Source of the DNA: an uncultured delta proteobacterium
Lineage (GTDB): Bacteria; Myxococcota; Myxococcia; Myxococcales; Myxococcaceae
Direction: 5' to 3'
NCBI GenBank assembly: GCA_963771175.1
Contig: CAVYSY010000038.1
Location: 273,103 to 337,102, forward strand
Length of the DNA: 64,000 nt
In this document: positions 10,898 to 23,613 of the stretch, piece by piece
Numbering within the stretch: position 1 is the first letter of the stretch
How the letters are laid out: every line of letters begins with the position of its first letter
Program-made: the position numbers and the translations under genes
The notes under the pieces: model-generated
The model's input: the letters and a program-made list of their open reading frames with translations, nothing else
What the model was told of the DNA's origin: nothing
The model's database searches: none

Positions 10898-11254
10898 TCA
10901 GTCTCGGGGGGGGGCGTCCGAGCCGGGCATCGGAATCTCCTCGCCCCGAAGGCGTCCTCGGAACACCGCGGCCCGCATCAGGAACAGGGTGGTGACCGGC
11001 GCGGTGAGCGCGATGAACACCGCGATGAGCAGCGCATGAAGGTAGAGCTGGCCGCGTTCGTAGGAGACCTGCACCGCCGTCGCGAGCGCGAAGCCCCAGG
11101 TGCCCAGCGTCGCGCCCAGGGTGGGCGCGTGGACGCGCTGGAAGAAGCTCCTCAGGCGCAGCACCCCGAACGAGCCGATCAGCGCCGCCAGCGCCCCCCC
11201 CACCACGAGCACCGCGGTCAGCGCATCCACCCACGGAGGAGTCCACCCGTTCAT
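10898..11254 (-). CDS. mnhG: Mrp/Pha monovalent cation/H+ antiporter subunit G
   Basis: GSFGVLRLRSFFQRVHAPT; LTAPV; last gene of the operon. Confidence 0.9.
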   Translation of the reverse strand: MNGWTPPWVDALTAVLVVGGALAALIGSFGVLRLRSFFQRVHAPTLGATLGTWGFALATAVQVSYERGQLYLHALLIAVFIALTAPVTTLFLMRAAVFRGRLRGEEIPMPGSDAPPRD

Positions 11255-11529
11255 TCGATGACCTCCCCGCGCAGGAGGAACTTGGCCATCGCCGTGGAGC
11301 CCACGAACCCGAAGAGGGCGATCAAGAGCGCCGCCTCGAAGTAGGAGCTGCTGCGATAGACGAGCCCCAGCGCGAGGATGACCAGCATCGCGTTCAGGTA
11401 CAGGCAGTCGAACGCCAACACGCGGTCCTCCGCCCTGGGCCCGACAATCATCCGTGCCAGCGCCAGCACCATCGCGAGGGCAAGACAGCCAAGGGCGAAT
11501 GCCAGCGACCAGGAGAGCAGAGGGCTCAT
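11251..11529 (-). CDS. mnhF: Mrp/Pha antiporter subunit F
   Basis: GPRAEDRVLAFDCLY; GFVGSTAMAKFLLRGEVIE. Confidence 0.9.
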   Translation of the reverse strand: MSPLLSWSLAFALGCLALAMVLALARMIVGPRAEDRVLAFDCLYLNAMLVILALGLVYRSSSYFEAALLIALFGFVGSTAMAKFLLRGEVIE

Positions 11530-12013
11530 TCGAAGATCTCCCTGAGCGGACGCTCGTAGTGATGCTTGATGAAGGTCACCAGGTTCGTCTCGCTCTGAAT
11601 GGCGAGCACGTGCAGCAGCAGGACGCGGTTGTCCGCCGACAACTGCGCCCAGGCGGTGCCCGGCGTGAACGTGACGATCATCGCCAGCACGGCCAATCCG
11701 TTCGGATCCTTCAGCTCGAGCGGAATGAGCACGAAGCCGGAGCGGATGTCGCGCGAGCGCTGGGTGAGAATCGCCCACGCCACCTCGGCGTTCGACCGCA
11801 GCATCTCGAGCACCACCCGGCAGAACAGGCGAGCCAGGAGGAGGGGCCTGCGCAACCGCACGGGGGTGGGCCGAGCCCGACGGTCACCGCGGGCCAGAAC
11901 AGCGCCAGGGCGGCGCCCAGCACCAGCGTCCCCGCGTCCAACGACTGCATGAGGAGAATCCAGAGCAGGAGCAGCGCCACCGAGAGCGCGGGAGAAGGAA
12001 GGAGCCGCCTCAT
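11526..12013 (-). CDS. mnhE: Mrp/Pha antiporter subunit E (frameshift near 11870)
   Basis: IVTFTPGT; LLLHVL; YERPLREIFE. Confidence 0.88.
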
Positions 12014-13653
12014 CGCCCCGCCTCCGGCGCCGTGGCGGGCGGCCGCACCTCTGCTCCGAGGACCGCGTCGATGTACCCGCGGCGGTCATAGAGGGACTGG
12101 GCCGTTGCGCGCGCGAGCTCCATCGCGGGTCCCGCCGCGAGCGTCAGCACTCCGCACGCGGTGAGGAGCACCACCAGGGACAAGCCCTCCGGCGCCCGGA
12201 CCCGAGGGGGCTCGCGCTGCATCTCGGACCAGAAGGTCCGGATTCCCGTCCGCGTGAGCGCGATGAGGGTGAGCAGGCCGCAGCCCAGGAGCACCGCCGG
12301 TGAACAGCCATGCACGGGCGGAGACTGGCCCGCTCCTCCCGGGCGACCCGAGCGCCGCCGACAACATGCCGAGCTTGCCGATGAAGGTGGACAGCGGAGG
12401 CAGGCCGGAGATGAGCAGTGCGCACGCGATGAAGGCCAGGCCCAACAGCGCGGTGGAGGCGGGGAACGGCAGGGCGACGAGCGGCTCCTCCTCGTCGTCG
12501 AGGTTGACCTCCTGCGTCTCGAGCGTCGCGCTCAAGAAGGGCGCCTCGTCCACCACGGTCGCACCCGCACGCCACCGCTCGACGAGGTCGACGAGCAGGA
12601 AGAAGGCGCTGGAGGCCAGCGTGGAGCTCACCAGGTAGAACACCGCGCGGCCGAGGACGGCTTCCTCGCCCAGGCCCAGCGCCGCCAGGAGCGTCCCGGC
12701 GGAGACCATCACCCCCGCCGCCGCCTGGACCGCGAGCCTCTGCGAGGCGATCATCCCCAGGGCCGCGAACACCGCGGAGACCACTCCGAACGCGAGCAGC
12801 CCGTCCGAGCCGAACCCCGCCAGCGGCCCCCCGGCGAACATCAGCGTCCAGAGCCGCACCAGGGCGTAGACGCCGACCTTCGTGAGCACCGCGAACATCG
12901 CCGCCACCGGCGGAGTCGCCGACGCATAGGCGGGGACGAGCCAGAAGTTGAGCGGCCAGGCCGCCGCCTTGGCCAGGAACGCCACCGCGAGGATGGCCGC
13001 TCCCGCGTCGATGAGGTGCCGGTTGGCCACATTCTCCTGGGACAGGCGCGCGGAGAGCTCCGCCATGTTGAGCGTCCCGGTGACGCCGTAGATCATCGAC
13101 ACGCCGATGAGGAAGAGCGACGAGGCGGCGAGGTTCACCGCCACGTAGTGCAGGCCCGCGCGGACCCGCGACTTTCCGGAGCCATGCAGCAACAGGCCGT
13201 ACGAGGCGGCGAGGAGAATCTCGAAGAAGACGAAGAGGTTGAAGACGTCCGCCGTCAGGAACGCGCCGGAGAGCCCCATGAGCTGCAGCTGGAAGATGGG
13301 GTGGAAGTGAACGCCCGCGCGGTGCCAGCGCGTGAAGGCGAAGGAGAGCGCGCAGGTGCCCAGGATCCAGGTCAGCACCAACATCCCCGCCGACAGCCGG
13401 TCCACCGCGAGGGCGATCCCGAACGGCGCGGGCCAGTTGCCGGGCAGGTAGGCCACGACGCCGTATTCGTTCACCCACGCCGAGCAGCACCACCGAGACG
13501 GCGAGTCCCAGGAGCGCGGAGATCATCCCCATCAGCAGCTTCGCCGGGCGGCGCCCCTCGCCCAGGAGGAGCATCACCGCCGCGGTCAGCATCGGCAGGA
13601 GGATGGGCGCCACCATCAGGTGGGGCATCAGGGCCTTGGATGAGCGCGCTCAT
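12010..13653 (-). CDS. mnhD: Mrp/Pha antiporter subunit D (several frameshifts)
   Basis: GNWPAPFGI; DVFNLFVFFEILLAASYGL; KAAAWPLNFWL. Confidence 0.9.
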
Positions 13654-13989
13654 GGCTCGGTGCCGTCCACGTGATCCGTCCCGGTCATCCCGCGCGAGGC
13701 CAGGATGATGACCAGGAGGAGCGCCGTCATCGCGAAGCTGATGACGATGGCCGTCAGCACGAGCGCCTGCGGCACCGGGTCCGTGTAGTGCGCGAGATCC
13801 GGCGGGACGCCGTCCACGAGGATGGGCTCCTTGTCGATGGCCAGGCCGCCAATGCTGAAGATGAAGAGGTTGACCGCGTAGGAGAGCAGCGACAGGCCGA
13901 CGACCAGCTGGAACGTGCGCGGGCCGCAGCAGCAGCCAGACGCCAGAGCCGGTCAGGATGCCGATAGCGATCGCGAGCACCACCTCCAT
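13650..13989 (-). CDS. mnhC: Mrp/Pha antiporter subunit C (frameshift near 13920)
   Basis: SYAVNLFIF; DPVPQALVLTAIVISFA. Confidence 0.88.
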
Positions 13990-13992
13990 CAA

Positions 13993-16902
13993 TCACCTCC
14001 CGAGGCCCGGTGCGCGCGGATGCGACTGGTGCGCGAGCGCCACGAGGATGAGCAGCGTGGCGCCCAGCACCAGGCAGAACACGCCCAGGTCGAAGAACAC
14101 CGCGCTCCCAAGGTGGAGCTCGCCCAGCACCGGCACGTTCAGATGGAAGGTGTGCGAGGTGAGCAGCGGGTACCCGACCACGAACGACTCCCGACGGCCG
14201 TGCCGAGCACGAACAGGAGGCCGACCGCCATCATCGCGCGCGGCGCGAGGTCGCAGCCGCTCCTCGACCCACTCGGTCCCGGACACGAGGTACTGCAGCA
14301 GGAAGCCCACCGACATCACCAGCCCCGCGACGAACCCACCGCCCGGCGCGTTGTGCCCACGCAGGAAGAAGAACACCGCCACCACTCCCGACACGGGCAG
14401 GAGCAGCCGGATCAGCACCGCGGGGACCTCAGGTACCCCACCGCGGTGTCTCTGCGCCTGGCGCGGGTTCACCAGGTCCGTCTGCAGGTCCGCCGGCAGC
14501 GCGCTGCTGCTGCGGCGGAAGCGCCATCACCTCGGTCGCCGGCCGGAAGCGGCGCAGGAGCGCGTAGACGGTGAGCGCGACGAGCACCAGCACCACGCCC
14601 TCGCCGAAGGTGTCGAACCCGCGGAAGTCCACCAGCATCACGTTCACCACGTTCCGCCCGCCTCCGCCGCTCAGCGCGTGCTCGAGGAAGAAGGAGGTCC
14701 GCTCGGGGAGCTCGCGCGTCATCACCGCGTAGGCCAGCACCGCCATCCCGCAACCGGCGCCCAGCGCGATGAGGAAGTCGCGGGCTCGCCGGCCCCGGGC
14801 GATCCGCAGGGTGTGCGCGTCGTAGACGCCGCGCGCCGGCTCTCGCGGCGGCAGCCACCGGAGCCCGAGCAGGATGAGCAGCGTCGTCACCACCTCGACG
14901 GTGAGCTGGGTGAGCGCGAGGTCCGGCGCGGAGAACCAGATGAACGTGACGCAGCACACCGCGCCCGCGGTCCCCGACAGCATCAGCGCGGCGAGCCGGT
15001 GGAACTTCGCCTGCCAGGCCGCCCCCATCGCCGCGACGCCGCCCACCGCCCAGAGCGCGACGAACGTCGGCGAGAGCGGCACCAGCGGACGGTCCCCAGT
15101 GCCGATGCCGCCCCACAGCGTCCAGGACGCCCACGAGCAGCGTGACCACCACCATCGCCAGCAGCTGCTGCTGGAGCCCCGCGGTGAGCAGCCAGCGGCG
15201 CGAGCCACCGCTCGCCGCGGTGAGCCGCCGCCAGCAGGGCCGTGAAGAGCCTCGCGCCGTCGAACCACTCCAGGAAGCGCGCGCCCAGCGTCACCCGCCG
15301 CGCCTCCAGCCTCCGCAGCGCAGGTAGCAGCAGCGCGCCGCCGACCGAGCGCCAGCGCGCTCATCAGCAGCGGGAGGGTGAAGCCATGCCAGAGCTTGAG
15401 GCTGTACGGCGGGAGCGCGCCGCCCACGACCTGGCCGGGAGGCGGCCTCGAGGATAGGTCCCGATCGACGCCGCGGGCGCAATGCCCACGACGAGGCAGA
15501 TGAGGACCAGCACCTCGACGGGGACGCGCATCCAGAGCGGGCCTCTTCTGGGACGCGCGGGGTGTCGCGAGCGCGCTCCGGGCCGAAGAAGACCTTCGCG
15601 GAGAACCGGAGCGAGTAGGCGACGCTGCCCACGCCGGCCAGCGTCGCCGCGATGGGCAGGATCCAGCTCGCACCGCCGGGACTGGCGTCGATGAAGGCGG
15701 TCTCCGCGAAGAACATCTCCTTCGAGAGGAAGCCGTTGAGCAGCGGGACGCCGGCCATCGCCGCGGTGGCGACGACCGCGAGCGTCCCGGTGATGGGCAT
15801 CAGCCGGAAGAGCCCCGACAGCCGCCGGATGTCCCTCGTCCCCGTCTCGTGGTCGATGATGCCGACCGCCATGAAGAGCGACGCCTTGAAGGTGGCGTGG
15901 TTCGATCAGGTGGAACACCGCCGCCACCGCCGCGAGCGGGCTGTTGAGCCCGAGCAGCAGGACGATCAGCCCCAGATGCGAGATGGTCGAGTAGGCCAGC
16001 AGCCCCTTCAGGTCGCGCTGGAAGAGCGCCACCCACGCGCCGAACAGCAGCGTCACCAGGCCGGCCGACCCGACCGTGCCAGAACCACAGCTCGGTCCCG
16101 GAGAGCACCGGCCACAGCCGCGCCAGCAGGAAGACGCCCAGCTTCACCATCGTCGCCGAGTGCAGGTACGCCGACACCGGCGTCGGCGCCGCCATCGCGT
16201 TCGGCAGCCAGAACTGGAACGGGAACTGGGCGCTCTTGGTGAACGCGCCGAGGAGGATCAGGCCCAGCGCCACCGGGTAGAGCGGGTGGCTCCGGAGCCG
16301 AGGTCGCGCTCCGCGAGGCAGCGCCTCCAGCTCGTAGCTGCCCACCAGCTGTCCGAGGATCAGCAGCCCGGCGAGCAGGCAGAGCCCGCCCATGCCGGTG
16401 ACGGTGAGCGCCATCCGCGCGCCGCGCTGCGCGTCCTTGCGCTGGTTCCAGTAGCCGATCAGCAGGAAGGAGAAGAGGGAGGTCAGCTCCCAGAAGAACG
16501 CCAGCGGCATCAGGTTCCCGGAGAGGACCACGCCCAGCATCGCGCCCATGAACGCGAGGAGGAAGGCGAAGAAGCGCGGCACCGGGTCCGACGGCGAGAG
16601 GTAGTACCGCGCGTACAGCATCACCAGCACGCCGATCCCCAGGACGAGCACGCAGAAGATCCACGAGAGGCCGTCCAGCCGCAGCACCAGCTCGAGCCCA
16701 AGGCGAGGGCACCCACGGCAGCCGCTCGGTCCTCAGTCCGTCCGCACGCGCGCGCGGGAAGTGCAAGCGCCACGCCCACCAGGCCCACCAGCGCGGTGAG
16801 GCCCGCCAGTCCCGCCGCGCGGTTTCGGGCGCTCGTGGGCAGCAGTGCCGCGATGGCCCCGGAGACCCAGGGAATGAGGAGAAGAGCAAGGAGCGGCATC
16901 AC
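13993..16902 (-). CDS. mnhA: Mrp/Pha antiporter fused subunit A/B (multiple frameshifts)
   Basis: [58 protein letters not shown]. Confidence 0.92.
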
Positions 16903-17849
16903 GAGAAGCGGGTGCTGGGGGGAACCACCAGAACGTCGCAGGGTACCTCACGAAGGACGTCCCCGGCGACAGTCCCGAGCAGCGCGTGCGCGAGTCCCGC
17001 ACGGCCATGCGTTCCGAGCACCAGGAGGTCCGCCCGGCTCGTCGCCACGGCCTTCGGGATGACCAGCCTGGGCGAGCCGTGTCGAATATGTGACCTCCAG
17101 GTGAACCCGTCGTCCGGCGAGACCTTCAGCTCCGCCATCGCGGTGGTGAGCGCTCGTGCGAGGTCGTGAAGGGCCTTCTGGCGGTAATGCTCTCGGTACT
17201 CCTGGCCCTGTTCCGCGTCGAGGCTCGGGTAGATCAGCCCGTGATACGGGGCGTCGTAGGCGTGGACCAGCTCGACGCGAGGGCGGGGAGGCGGAAGCAC
17301 CCGCAGGGCCAGGGCAAGAACATCCCGGGCGGCTTCATCCGTATTCAGGGCGATCACGGGGCGGCGATAGGTCTCGCGAGGCCGTAGGCGGACCACCAGG
17401 ACAGGCAGCTGACTCCCTCGGATGACGCGCTCCGCGGTCGACCCCAGGAAGATGTCACGGAGCGTACGGCCACCGCCGCGGCCCATCACGATCAGTTCCG
17501 CCTTCTGGGAACGCGCGTGCCTGGCGATCTCAGCCGCCGCGACGCCCACCACGACGCGCGGCACGGCCTTGGCGCTCCGCGGGAGTCTGGACACCAGGCT
17601 CTTCGCCGTGAGCTCGAGTGCCTTCTTCGCATCGCGCTCGGCCCGGAGCCTGGCCTCTCCCAGGAGGAGCCTCGGGACCACGTGAAGGAGGGTGAGCTGC
17701 GCATTCTCGGCGAGGGGAAGCAGCGCGGCGCGCGCCAGGACCGGTTCCATCGCCGCGGAGAGATCAACGGGAATGAGTAAGGACTGAAAGGCGTGGGGCC
17801 TGGTCCGCCCAGCCTCTCGCCGGGCGCGGCCCTGGGTCGTCTTGCGCAT
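16899..17849 (-). CDS. universal stress protein (tandem USP domains)
   Basis: two LIVMG/LLVLG...LGS(T)/LGT...PVLVV motifs; stop overlaps the antiporter start. Confidence 0.9.
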   Translation of the reverse strand: MRKTTQGRARREAGRTRPHAFQSLLIPVDLSAAMEPVLARAALLPLAENAQLTLLHVVPRLLLGEARLRAERDAKKALELTAKSLVSRLPRSAKAVPRVVVGVAAAEIARHARSQKAELIVMGRGGGRTLRDIFLGSTAERVIRGSQLPVLVVRLRPRETYRRPVIALNTDEAARDVLALALRVLPPPRPRVELVHAYDAPYHGLIYPSLDAEQGQEYREHYRQKALHDLARALTTAMAELKVSPDDGFTWRSHIRHGSPRLVIPKAVATSRADLLVLGTHGRAGLAHALLGTVAGDVLREVPCDVLVVPPSTRFS

Positions 17850-18021
17850 CACGCCAGCCTGTCCGTTGCCCTGTCGCGCCACAAGCGAAAGAAGGGCGGG
17901 GGCCGTGGGGCGTTGGATACGTCGCAGATGGAGCGACGGCGGGGTGCTCGACTTCCTCAACCCGCTCGGACGCGCTCGGGGTGGGTGTAGAGGTTGAAGC
18001 GCCCCATCCTCACCAGCCCCG

Positions 18022-18459
18022 TCATCGGTCTGGTGGTGGAGTCCCGGTGCACCTACCGAGCCCCGCGAGCCTGTCCCGCACGCCACGCAGAAGCGTCTCC
18101 ACTTCGGGGTCCGAAGTCGACCGCCTGCGCTGGGCCTCCTGAAGCAGCGCGAGCGCGTGGCCAAGTCGGTGGGTCACCCCCAGCGCATCCCCGCGCTGCT
18201 CGAGGAGGTCCGCCTCCGCGCTCACCAGCTTCGCCAGCGCTTTGATCTTCTCCGGCTGCCCGAGCAACTCCGCCACCGAGCCCGCGTCGATGGTGATGAG
18301 CATCCGGTACTCCATGCCGAACAGCGACAGGCTCGTCTGATGGACGAGGTCGAGCGCCTCCTCGGTCTTCTGGGCCTTGCCCGCCTTCAGGATGGCGGCG
18401 AGAGCGGCGACCAACTGCTCGATCATCCGCCCGATGTAGTCCTCGCGGATTCCAGCCAT
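18022..18459 (-). CDS. hypothetical helical protein (DUF6483-like)
   Basis: REDYIGRMIEQL N-terminal motif; GAGG RBS. Confidence 0.7.
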   Translation of the reverse strand: MAGIREDYIGRMIEQLVAALAAILKAGKAQKTEEALDLVHQTSLSLFGMEYRMLITIDAGSVAELLGQPEKIKALAKLVSAEADLLEQRGDALGVTHRLGHALALLQEAQRRRSTSDPEVETLLRGVRDRLAGLGRCTGTPPPDR

Positions 18460-18507
18460 GGGGCACTGCTCCTCTCAGGTCGACCCACCCGACCGGAAAG
18501 TATGGCT

Positions 18508-18988
18508 TCAGCCCCGGGGCCGCGTCCACTCCATCGCCGTGGGGTTGGGCGCGAAGCCCATCGCCTCGTACAGCGGGCGGCCATCCGCGGTGGCATGCAG
18601 CAGTACGCGCCCCACGCCCAGCTCGCGCGCGAAGCGCATCAACTCCGTGAACAGCGCCCGAGCAATGCCCCGACCCCGCCACCCGGGCTCCGTGTACATG
18701 TTGAGGATGTACGCCTCCAGGCTCGCCAGCGTGTCTGGCATCGGCGGCCTCTCGAAGGGCAGCAGGCCACTGCAGGCCACCACCCGCCCCTCGGCCACGG
18801 CCACCCAGGCGTGGAAGCGTCCCGAGGGAAGCGCCTGCGCGAAGTAGCGCCGCGTGGCCTCCACCAGCGCCTCCTCGTCCTTCAGCGCCTCCACCCCGCG
18901 CGTGGTGCGCAGCAGCGCCAGCCGGAGGCGGATCGAGCTCGTCCACGTCCTCCATGCCAGCCTTGCGGATGCTCCATCCTGCTTGCAT
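18508..18988 (-). CDS. GNAT family N-acetyltransferase (frameshift near 18935)
   Basis: NMYTEPGWRGRGIA; LHATADGRPLYEAMGF. Confidence 0.88.
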
Positions 18989-19086
18989 GCGACTCGTGCC
19001 TCCTGGCCACGCGGGCCCTCGGTGTCACGCGCCGCACGCGGGCCCCCGCGCCCTCTCGGGGGCGAGGGCCTCACGGCCACGGCGCG

Positions 19087-19674
19087 CTAGCTCTTGTACT
19101 TCACCGAGCAGCCGTACGGCTCGGTGGTCGCGGCCGGCACCGGCTTGCCGGAGAGGAGCGCGTCCACCGCCGTCTTCACGTGGTTGGTGATGCCCTCCTT
19201 CTTGTTGCCGCGCGGGTCGTCGTCGATGGCGCCCGCGTAGCGCACCACGCCCTGCTCATCGATGACGTACATGTGCGGCGTCGTCTTGGCGCCGTAGGAC
19301 TTGCCCACCGTGCCGCTCGCGTCCTGGAGCACCGGGTAGGCGAAGCCCTTCTCCTTCTTCCAGGCCGCGGACTTCTCCGGCGCGTTGCTCGAGGTGGAGT
19401 CCACCGCCAGCCACACCACCTTCTTGGCATCGAAGCCCGACAGCGTCTTCTGCATGGTGCCCGCCGTGTAGTGGCGCTGCACGAAGGGGCAGCCGGGGTT
19501 GGTCCACTCCAGCACCACCACCTTGCCCTTGTACTGCGACAGCGAGTGCTCCTTGCCGGCCTCGTCCTTCAGGGTGAAGGCCGGAGCGGGCTTGCCCACC
19601 TGGGCGGTCTCGGCGGCGAGGGCCACCACGGGCAGCATCACGGCGAGCGCGACAGCGGTGAAGAGAGACTTCAT
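19087..19674 (-). CDS. secreted thioredoxin/redoxin-fold protein
   Basis: signal peptide; VVLEWTNPGCPF; YGAKTTPH; YGCSVKY. Confidence 0.9.
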   Translation of the reverse strand: MKSLFTAVALAVMLPVVALAAETAQVGKPAPAFTLKDEAGKEHSLSQYKGKVVVLEWTNPGCPFVQRHYTAGTMQKTLSGFDAKKVVWLAVDSTSSNAPEKSAAWKKEKGFAYPVLQDASGTVGKSYGAKTTPHMYVIDEQGVVRYAGAIDDDPRGNKKEGITNHVKTAVDALLSGKPVPAATTEPYGCSVKYKS

Positions 19675-19745
19675 TCGGTCAGCTCCTTGTCGAGGGTACT
19701 GCGGAAAACCCTGTCTCCGCGACCGCTCGGATGCGCGAGAAGCCG

Positions 19746-22018
19746 CTACGTCGCGTCGGCGACCCGCGTGGACGCGCGGCGCACGGCCTCGACGACGGAG
19801 TCGGTGGTGAGCAGCTCGGGCAGCACCTCGGGCTTGTCGGGCGCCGCGGGGCTCAGCACCAGGTACATGGGCACGCCCGGCGCGGCCGAACTCGGCCAGC
19901 TTCGCGCTGATGCGCGCGTCGCGCCGCGTCCAGTCCGCCACGAAGAAGGCCACCTTGTGCTCCGCGAAGGCGGCCCGCACCTCCTCGCGCGTCAGCACGG
20001 TGCGCTCGTTGAACTTGCAGGTGAGGCACCAGTCCGCCGTGAAGTCGATGAAGACGGGCTGCCCCGCCGCCAGTGCCGCCGCCACCGCCGCCTCGTCCCA
20101 CGGCTGCGCCTCGGCCACCATCGAGGCCTTGCGCACGGCCGGCCCCGTCTCGTCGAAGCGCAGGGTGACGAGGCCTCCCACGGCCAGCACCGCCACCACC
20201 GCCGCGACACCCGCCGCCTTGCGCCCGCCCGTCGGCGCCCTGCGCCAGCCCGTACATCCACGCGCCCAGGCCCACCACCGACGAGGAAGGCGAGCAGCCG
20301 CGCCATGCCGTCCACGCCGGTGAGGCCGCCCATCACCCACACCAGCCACACCGTGGTGCCCAGCAGCGCGAAGCCCAGGAGCTGCTTGCCGCGCTCCATC
20401 CACGCGCCCGGCTTGGGCAGGAACTTCGACAGGCCGGGCACCAGCACCAGCAGGCAGAAGGGCAGCGCGAGGCCCAGTCCCAGCATGAGGAAGGTGGCCA
20501 GCACCGTGGCCGGGCCCGCCGCGAGCGCGAAGCCCACCGCGGTGCCCAGCAGCGGCGCCGAGCAGGGCGTGGCCAGCACCACCGCCAGCACGCCCTCGCC
20601 CGCGCTGCGCGCCAGGCCGTGGCTCGAGTCCACCTTCTCCACCAGCGCGGTGCCGTCCGTGCCCACGTGGAAGACGCCGAAGAGGTTGAGCGCGAAGGCC
20701 ACCAGCACCGCGCTCACCGCCGCGACGAAGAGCGGCTCCTGGAACTGGAAGCCCCAGCCCACGGTGCTGCCCGCCGGCGCGCAGCGCCAGCACCACGAAC
20801 GCCAGCACCATCAGCGAGCCCACGATGCCGCCCGCGTACGCCAGCGCGTGCAGCGCCCACCTTGCCGCGCTCGGCATGGACGGTGCGGGTGAAGCCGTAC
20901 GCCTTGAGGGCCAGCACCGGGAAGACGCACGGCATGAGGTTGAGCAGCGCGCCGCCCAGGAAGGCGAAGAGCAGCACCAGCCCCAGCGACAGCGACGACT
21001 CGGGCGCCACGGCGGTGCCCACGCTCGGGGACGGCGCCTTCACGGCGGGCGCGGCGGCCACCACGGCGGCCCCCGGCGTCCCGGCGGCGGGCGCGGCGGC
21101 CACCACGGGCGCGAGCGGCAGGTCCAGCGTCAGCGAGCGGTAGCCCGAGGCGGCCGTGCCCAGGCGCAGCACGCCCGCGAACCGGGGCTCCTTCGCGGGC
21201 ACGCTCGGGGACGCCTCGCCCTCCAGCGTGAAGGTGCCGGGCTTGCCCGCCACGGGCGACAGCGCCATGCGCGCGATGCCTGGATGCGCTCGGGGACGAA
21301 GAAGTCCTTCTCCACCGTGTGCGCCGCCTGGCCCGTCACGGTGAGGGTGCCGGTGAAGGGCTTGCCCGCGGTGAGCGGCTTCGCATCGAGCGCGAGCGTC
21401 ACCGCGTGACCGGCACTCTCGGGCGTCACCGGCACGCGCGCGCGGGACGCGTCGAAGGCGGGGGCGTACTCGGCGTCCGGATGCGTCTCCGAGCCCACCG
21501 TCAGGTTGCGGGTGAGCATGAGCTGCGCGGGCAGGCAGTGGACCTCGCACACCAGCACGTCCGCCGCCGCCGAGAGCTGCAGCGAGCCCGTGGCCTTCTC
21601 GGACGCGCGGGCCTCGGTGAAGAGGAGCACCTCCTCCGCGTAGCCATAGGTGGTGATGAAGCCGTCGGGGGTCCGGAAGGTCGAGGGCGCGGGCCACTGC
21701 AGCTCGCCCACGGTGGTGCCCGGCGTGTCCCAGGTCACCTCGGAGGCCAGGCCCGACTCGCCTGGGTTCTTCCAGTAGATGTGCCAACCCGGGTCCATCC
21801 GGAAGCGCACGCCCACGCGGAAGGTGTCTCCCGGCTTCACCTGGGCGACGTCCAGCAGGAGGGAGGCCTCCACCGCGGTCGTTGCCCTGGTCCGGCGCGC
21901 CACTGGCCACCGCCGTGGCCGGCACTTCCGCCCGGGCCACGCCCGAGCCCACGAAGAGCCCCAGCACCGTGAAGAGAAGTGCCCCCCACCCCAGACGTCG
22001 TACCCGCTGTTGCTTCAT
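19746..22018 (-). CDS. dsbD: DsbD-family protein-disulfide reductase (multiple frameshifts)
   Basis: GWHIYWKNPGESG; LNLMPCVFPVL; LATPCSAP; FTADWCLTCK. Confidence 0.88.
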
Positions 22019-22079
22019 GCGCCTCCCGTAACCCACCGGCCCGCCGACCGCCAGCCTCCACCCCGTGGATTGGCGCCCA

Positions 22080-23482
22080 TCAACCCTCCAGACGGCCAGG
22101 CATTCCCGGTCGAGGACTCCAGTGGTGCGGGTGGTACGCAGCTGGCCGCGTCGGGTTACGGGCAGGCGGAGAATGTCCGGGAGATACCGGTGGAGACGAG
22201 CAGCACGCCGTCGCCTGCCTGCCGAGCGTGCAGGGGCGCCAGTTCCCCGCCTTGCGCGCTGCGGGCAGCGCGGGCTGGATGATGCTCAGTCCGGTGCGCG
22301 CGTCGGCGGCCCGGGCCCGGCGCACCATCAGCGCCGACAGGTCTGCCGCGCGGCGCTCCACCGCCTGCCGCAGGTCCACCAGCCGCTCCACGTGCCGCTT
22401 CGCCGGCACCGACTCCACCGCCAGCCGCACCAGCTCGCGCAGCGCTTCCTCGGCCTCGCCCAGCGACTGCTCGGCCGCCACCGGGTTGCGCCGCGACCAG
22501 CGCCTTCCACGCCGAGGACTCGGCCGCCACCAGGTCCAGCTCCACGCCCACCGCGCGAATGAGGCGGCCCTCGGGGCTGTCCGGCAGCACGCGCTGCACC
22601 GGCACCGACACCCGGCGCGTATCCCCGTTCTCCGTCCACGTCGTCGTCACCCCGAGCGACCAGTCGGCCAGCTCCAGGCGCCCGGTGAAGAGCGCTCGGC
22701 GCGGGAAGGCGTACGAGAGCGAGCCCAGCCCCGCGCTCAACGAGTCCCCCTCCACGCGCGCCGGGTAGCGGTGACGGCAGCAGCAGCTCGGAGAAGCCCA
22801 TGGGGCGCACGTACAGCCGCGCGTCCGTGCCCACCTCGCCGAAGAGCTCGGACACCAGCGCCGCCGCGGCCACCGGCAGGCCCTCGGCGTCGTCCACGTG
22901 GGTGAAGCCCGTGCCCGAGGGGCCCGTCAGGGCCTCGAGAATCTCCGGCAGGTAGTGCCGCCCCAGCCCCAGCGCGTGCAGCGTCATCCCGGACTCGGCC
23001 ACCTTGGCGCCCAGCGCACGGAAGTCCGAGAGCTGGCGCGGGCCCACCGAGGGCTCGCCGTCCGTGAGCACCAGCATCTTCGGGCGCGCGCCGGGGATGA
23101 ACAGCCGGCGCACCGCGGCGGCACCGGACTCCACCGCCTCGTGGAGCGCCGTGCCCTCGCCCACCCGCAGCGCGGAGAGACACTCGGTGAGGGCCTTGCG
23201 CGCACCAGGCTCCATGGCCCGCAGGGGCATGAGCTGCTCGGGGACGCCATCGAAGGCGAGCAGCCCGAGGTAGTCCTTCGGCCCCGCGCGCTCGACGAGC
23301 AACTGCGCGGCTTCCACCGCGGCCGCGAGCGGCGCGCCCCGCATCGAGGCGCTCCGGTCCAGCACGAGGTTCACTGCCACCGGTGCTCGGGGTGCGTCCT
23401 CCTCGGCCTCCACGGTGACGAGCAGGTGCACATCCCGACCGTGCTCGTCGTCGCGCTCCACCGCCCAGGCCATCAGCTTCAT
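22080..23482 (-). CDS. VWA domain protein (frameshifts near 22780 and 22490)
   Basis: LVLDRSASM MIDAS; GTAL; LTDG; LGLG. Confidence 0.85.
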
Positions 23483-23613
23483 TGCTCTTCCTCCGTGGGG
23501 GGGAAACGCGCGTGCGCCCCGAGCCTACCGGGTTCCCATCCTCCAGTATCGCCGTCCTGACCCGGGCGCTTGCAACTGCAACCTCCGGAACGCTCCCCGG
23601 GTACGAAGGGACC